From Gemmatimonadota bacterium (GTDB lineage Bacteria > Gemmatimonadota > Gemmatimonadetes > Gemmatimonadales > GWC2-71-9), in the NCBI GenBank assembly GCA_036679605.1, contig JAZDCZ010000352.1, forward strand, positions 1 to 10,299: a stretch of 10,299 nucleotides of DNA. The letters run 5' to 3'. Positions 6,559 through 10,299 of the stretch are shown piece after piece. The position numbers and the translations under genes were made by a program. Position 1 is the first letter of the stretch. Every line of letters begins with the position of its first letter. The notes below the pieces were generated by a model, which was not told the DNA's origin, did no database searches, and saw nothing but the letters and a program-made list of their open reading frames with translations.

Positions 6559-7851
6559 ATGAGACTTACCGAGTCCTGGACTAGAGTAATGGCCGTCGTA
6601 GTTGCGCTTGGGGCTCTGGGGTGCCAGCCGGGCCCCATCACGCAGGTTGATTCAAGCAACGAGACCAGCGGTGAAGGCCCGGAGGTTCCCCAGGTCCAGC
6701 GCGGTCTGTTTACGATTCATGCTTCGGTGGATCCAGCAGATTCGGCGTTGGCCGATTCTCTGGGCTGGCAGAACGGAGTGCCGGGCGCCGAGATCAACTT
6801 CTTGCGCAACGGCACGGTGGAGTGGCTGACTACCACGACCGATTCCACGGGTACGGCCCAGTTCCTCAATGTTTTGCCGGGTCTATACCGGTTGTTTGGT
6901 GGTCGCACTCTGACGGAGGCCGAGGCGTCGGCAGTGGGCGGAGTGGTACGGGCGTTTGGGGATGGGCGCACAGTCGGATTCGGTCAATCGGGCGAGTTTG
7001 AGTTGCGGCTGCTGGCGGACCGTCCGGGCTCGCTTGTGATCAGTGAAATAGTGGGCGGTGTGCCGCTGGGGTGGGAGATAGGCTTTGCATCTACTAGTGG
7101 CATGTTGTATTTCGAGGTCTACAACAATTCGGGTGCGAGCATGTTTCTTGACGGGAAGATCTTCGGCGTGTCGCATGATGCTGTGTTCAACGCGTCGGAT
7201 TCACCGTGTTCTTTTAGCCAACAGGTCAGGACAGATCCGGCGGGAGTATACGACCGGTGGTTCGTGCAGTTTCCGGGCTCCGGTACGGACTATCCGATCG
7301 GGCCGGGTGAGGCAAAACTGGTGGCGGTGGAGGCGATAGACCACACGCCGATTCATCCGACGGCGCCCGATCTGTCGCACGCGGACTTCGAGATCGGGGG
7401 TAGCGCGAACAACCCGGCCGTGCCGGACATGCTGGAAATAGGACCCGCGGGGTTCGGCATTCCGCGGATTGGGCCGGGCCTTTGGACGTATATTCTGGCC
7501 GAGCCGTTCGACGTAGCGAGCCTTGACGTTGTGTGGCGCGATGCCAATGGTCGGCAATACTTTCGGGTGCCCAAGGAGAAGATCCTGGAGGCGATCGCAA
7601 TGCGGGGTATTTGGGCGCCGTTCGACGCTGAGCATGTGCCGTGCGTGCCGATGATGCAGCGGGATTTCGATCGTTACGAGGGCGGCTTAAAGGATATCAG
7701 CTCCACTATTTCCGATCAAGCCTTGCGTAGCTACCAACGCAAGGTTCTGCGGGTTAGTCCGGACGGCCGCAAGATTCTCATGAACAGCAACACGAGCGCG
7801 GTGGACTTTGGTCGCGTCGCGGTGCCGAGGACGCCCGGGTGGATACCGTAG
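6559..7851 (+). CDS. DUF4876-like lipoprotein, 430 aa
   Basis: AGGAGG RBS before ATG 6559; lipobox ALGC; same motif set as 3752-5041. Confidence 0.82.
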   Translation: MRLTESWTRVMAVVVALGALGCQPGPITQVDSSNETSGEGPEVPQVQRGLFTIHASVDPADSALADSLGWQNGVPGAEINFLRNGTVEWLTTTTDSTGTAQFLNVLPGLYRLFGGRTLTEAEASAVGGVVRAFGDGRTVGFGQSGEFELRLLADRPGSLVISEIVGGVPLGWEIGFASTSGMLYFEVYNNSGASMFLDGKIFGVSHDAVFNASDSPCSFSQQVRTDPAGVYDRWFVQFPGSGTDYPIGPGEAKLVAVEAIDHTPIHPTAPDLSHADFEIGGSANNPAVPDMLEIGPAGFGIPRIGPGLWTYILAEPFDVASLDVVWRDANGRQYFRVPKEKILEAIAMRGIWAPFDAEHVPCVPMMQRDFDRYEGGLKDISSTISDQALRSYQRKVLRVSPDGRKILMNSNTSAVDFGRVAVPRTPGWIP

Positions 7852-7910
7852 AGGGGCGAACGGAATTACGAATTACGAGCAAGGAATATCGAAATCCGTG
7901 AGGTTCCCCC

Positions 7911-8027
7911 GGCGGTCTCAAGCGATCAGCGCAACATCTCGGCGTATGCTTTGAGGCATTTGCCCGGAGGTGAGAGATGCGAGGTCGTGGGAACCAGGGG
8001 AGGAGACTGAGCGACGCGGAGCGGCAG
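7911..8027 (+). mobile_element. Possible IS30-family left-end remnant
   Basis: GGCGGTCTCAAGCGATCAGCGCAACA (7911-7936) resembles IS30-type terminal repeats as I recall them. It is followed by a GGAGG RBS and MRGRGNQGRRLSDAER, like a transposase HTH start (LSxxER). No transposase body follows. Confidence 0.4.
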
Positions 8028-8129
8028 GGGCGCCTCTCAAACAGAAATGCTTCGCTAGAACCCGACTGTCGAACGGGATTACCACGTTGGGATCCGACTC
8101 TGGAACAAGAATACTTCGTTGGGGCCCTA

Positions 8130-8543
8130 CTATCCCAGCTCCTCCACGGGCAGCCGCGATTGGATTGCCGCCAGAACTTCCTTGGCGACAGCCAAAGCCT
8201 CATCCGCCTCCTCAGGTCTCGGTTCCGCCGGCTCGCCGGGATACCGAAATCTCCACGCATACTGCGTCAGGGGAACGGCCCGGTCCACGACCGGCTTCAG
8301 GGAGCCATCCAGAACTAGGCACGCCTCGCCCAACTCTTCAAGATTGTGCGTCTTGCGGAATGGCCGATCCTGCCACGTGAGGAACGCCTTCATGGCCTTC
8401 TCCACCGCCTGCTGGCAATGGAACACTACGGCATCGAGTAGCGGCGGGCGGGCCGTCCCGTCGTGTTCAGCTGCCCGCACATCACTCAAAGCCTTCTTGA
8501 TCCACGCACGAGTGTCGGCGACCCGTACAGGATCATGCGGCAT
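8130..8543 (-). CDS. HEPN domain protein
   Basis: W..KA..D..AA, VVFHCQQAVEKAMKAFL, RPFRKTHNL and RYPG motifs; overlaps the upstream MNT gene by 11 bp. Confidence 0.93.
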   Translation of the reverse strand: MPHDPVRVADTRAWIKKALSDVRAAEHDGTARPPLLDAVVFHCQQAVEKAMKAFLTWQDRPFRKTHNLEELGEACLVLDGSLKPVVDRAVPLTQYAWRFRYPGEPAEPRPEEADEALAVAKEVLAAIQSRLPVEELG

Positions 8544-8913
8544 GCAGCAGAATCCCCTCTCGAACCACCGTGGCCGGGAGCGAGGCTCGAAGGTGAAGTC
8601 GCGCGTCGAAGTAGCTCCGCGTGCAAACGAGGACGTCCGCCGCTATTCCCGTCCCTCGCAATACCTCGTAGGCAAGCCGACTCTCCCGACGCTCGGCCGA
8701 AGTAGCGTCCGGGACCACAACCAACAGATCATAATCGCTGTCCGGGCCCGCCTCGGCCCTCGCCGTGGAACCGAAGAGATAGACGCGAACCGGTCGGTAC
8801 GCCTCCACCAGGCGACGGACGATTTCCGCCAACACAGCGTCTTCTGGCGGACTCACCTCGGGTGGCCCAGGAAAGCTGAGGCTTGCGCCGTCACTCCGAG
8901 CGTCTGCGGTCAT
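8533..8913 (-). CDS. Minimal nucleotidyltransferase (MNT)
   Basis: VYLFGS-x10-DYDLLVVV motif, ADVLV and C-terminal REGILL. Confidence 0.92.
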   Translation of the reverse strand: MTADARSDGASLSFPGPPEVSPPEDAVLAEIVRRLVEAYRPVRVYLFGSTARAEAGPDSDYDLLVVVPDATSAERRESRLAYEVLRGTGIAADVLVCTRSYFDARLHLRASLPATVVREGILLHAA

Positions 8914-8972
8914 TCAGGTAATCTAGGTTCGCATCACGTCGCTGACCAGCAAAGTATCGAGCGTCCGCCTCC

Positions 8973-10280
8973 CTACGGAATCCTCCGCCACGTCCGCGGC
9001 ACCACACTGCGGAAGAAATCCACGGCAGTGGTCCTGGTGTTGTATAGAATCTTCCGGCCGTCAGCACTAATCCGCAGCACCCTCCGCTGGAATGAGCGCG
9101 TGCTGGGAAACGCGGGATCGGTGTCGAAACCGACGTTTAGAAACCCACCTTCATAGCGGTTGAAGCCGCGCTGCACCATGGGAACGCAGGGATGGAACTC
9201 AGAATTCAAGCTCGGCCAGATCGACTTCAAGGCTACGACGTCGATGAGTTTGTCCTTTGGTATAAGGACGTACTCTCTGCCATTGAACGTGTCCCGCCAC
9301 GACACCGGTTGGCTTGCCACATCCAACGGCTGCGACAGAAAATACACGTGGCTAAAAGCCAACAGGCTCCCGACAAGGAATTCGTTGGGAAAGGACGCCC
9401 TGATCATGTCGGGCACTGCGGGGTTGTTGGCATTTCCCGAAAGGCCCATCTCAAAGTCCGCGTCTGACTCGTCGATCAGTGTCGGATGAACCGGCCTGTG
9501 GTCGATCGCCGCCACCGCCATCGTGCGGGTCTCACCCGGTCCGATCGGATACTCCGTACCGGATCCAGGAAACCGCAGAACCTCTGCTGCGTGAATTCCC
9601 GCGGGCTCGGTCCGTGGCGTCTGGCTCTCGGAGCACGCTATCACCTTACTCCTGCTTGCCCAAACCGCACCTGACACTCCAAACAACATACCGTCCAAAT
9701 ACATCATCTGGTTGAAGTTGTTGTAGATCTCGAAGTACATGCCCTTGAGGTAGGTCGTCCCTCCGGTCTCCCACGGCACCGGCGCCCCGTTTCCGATCTC
9801 GCTGATGACAAGAGAGCGCGGTCGATCGGCTATCATGGACAACTCGAGTGTGGTCTCTCCGCCGATACCGATCGTCCGACCGTCGCCAAACGCCCGCGCC
9901 ACACCTCCCACTGCTGCCGCCTCTCCGTCCGTGAGCGTTCGCGCACCGTAAACCCGATACAAGCCCGCTTGAAGCTTGCCTACGGTCGCCGTGCCGCTCG
10001 AATCGGTGAGCACCGTAATCCACTCAGCAGTCCCGTTCCGCAGGATGTTTACCTCCGCATCCGGAATCCCGTCCCGCCAGCCCAACGAATCGCCCAGCGC
10101 ACGATCCACCGAGTCCACAGCCGCATGCACCGTGAGCGTAGTGCGGTTCACTTGAGGAATGTTCGGGGCATCAGCGTTAGTCTCACTGGGATCTACCTGG
10201 ATAACTTCGCCCGGCTGGCAGGCAGCCAGGAGAGTGATGAGGCCGAGTAGAGTGCCAATTCGCTTATTACAGTAGGTCAT
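8973..10280 (-). CDS. DUF4876-like lipoprotein, divergent paralog, 435 aa
   Basis: AAGGAG RBS; lipobox LAAC-QPG; LVISEI, YFEIYNN, FPGSGTEYPIGPGE, NNPAVPDM, RYEGG, NTRTTAVDF. Confidence 0.84.
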   Translation of the reverse strand: MTYCNKRIGTLLGLITLLAACQPGEVIQVDPSETNADAPNIPQVNRTTLTVHAAVDSVDRALGDSLGWRDGIPDAEVNILRNGTAEWITVLTDSSGTATVGKLQAGLYRVYGARTLTDGEAAAVGGVARAFGDGRTIGIGGETTLELSMIADRPRSLVISEIGNGAPVPWETGGTTYLKGMYFEIYNNFNQMMYLDGMLFGVSGAVWASRSKVIACSESQTPRTEPAGIHAAEVLRFPGSGTEYPIGPGETRTMAVAAIDHRPVHPTLIDESDADFEMGLSGNANNPAVPDMIRASFPNEFLVGSLLAFSHVYFLSQPLDVASQPVSWRDTFNGREYVLIPKDKLIDVVALKSIWPSLNSEFHPCVPMVQRGFNRYEGGFLNVGFDTDPAFPSTRSFQRRVLRISADGRKILYNTRTTAVDFFRSVVPRTWRRIP

Positions 10281-10299
10281 GCGCCTCGCTCCTTTTACT

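Larger units (their letters stand above)
5319..7851 (+). repeat. Tandem duplication unit 2
   Basis: Colinear paralog of 2535-5041, separated from it by a 277-bp spacer. Confidence 0.92.

Noticed and set aside
8119..9156. 345-aa plus-strand ORF
   Set aside because: Antisense shadow of the HEPN, MNT and DUF4876-like genes, with no recognisable motifs.
1..10299. CRISPR array, tRNA or rRNA
   Set aside because: No regularly spaced identical repeats with unique spacers, and no recognisable structural RNA gene.

Overview
GC-rich bacterial accessory region; Gemmatimonadota is a guess from gene style and cannot be shown from this window. The core is a tandemly duplicated three-gene unit (about 2535-5041 and 5319-7851): a conserved AT-rich upstream element, a membrane-anchored TlpA/ResA-like CPYC thioredoxin-fold protein, a small Sec-exported 8-Cys peptide with a CS-alpha-beta (insect defensin-like) cysteine pattern, and a DUF4876-like lipoprotein. 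A third peptide paralog, missed by the ORF track, starts at 106 on the minus strand behind the same upstream element. A third complete DUF4876-like gene lies at 8973-10280 (-). A fourth, 5'-truncated copy (1543-1797, -) is fused back-to-back with the 3' part of a probable outer-membrane beta-barrel gene. Two different HEPN/MNT pairs, a GTAG-type REP palindrome, a possible IS30 end remnant and six copies of a GCTATAA-N13/14-ATCGTTA motif are interspersed. The most interesting signal is a candidate diversifying system of defensin-like peptide, dedicated disulfide oxidoreductase and cognate surface lipoprotein.
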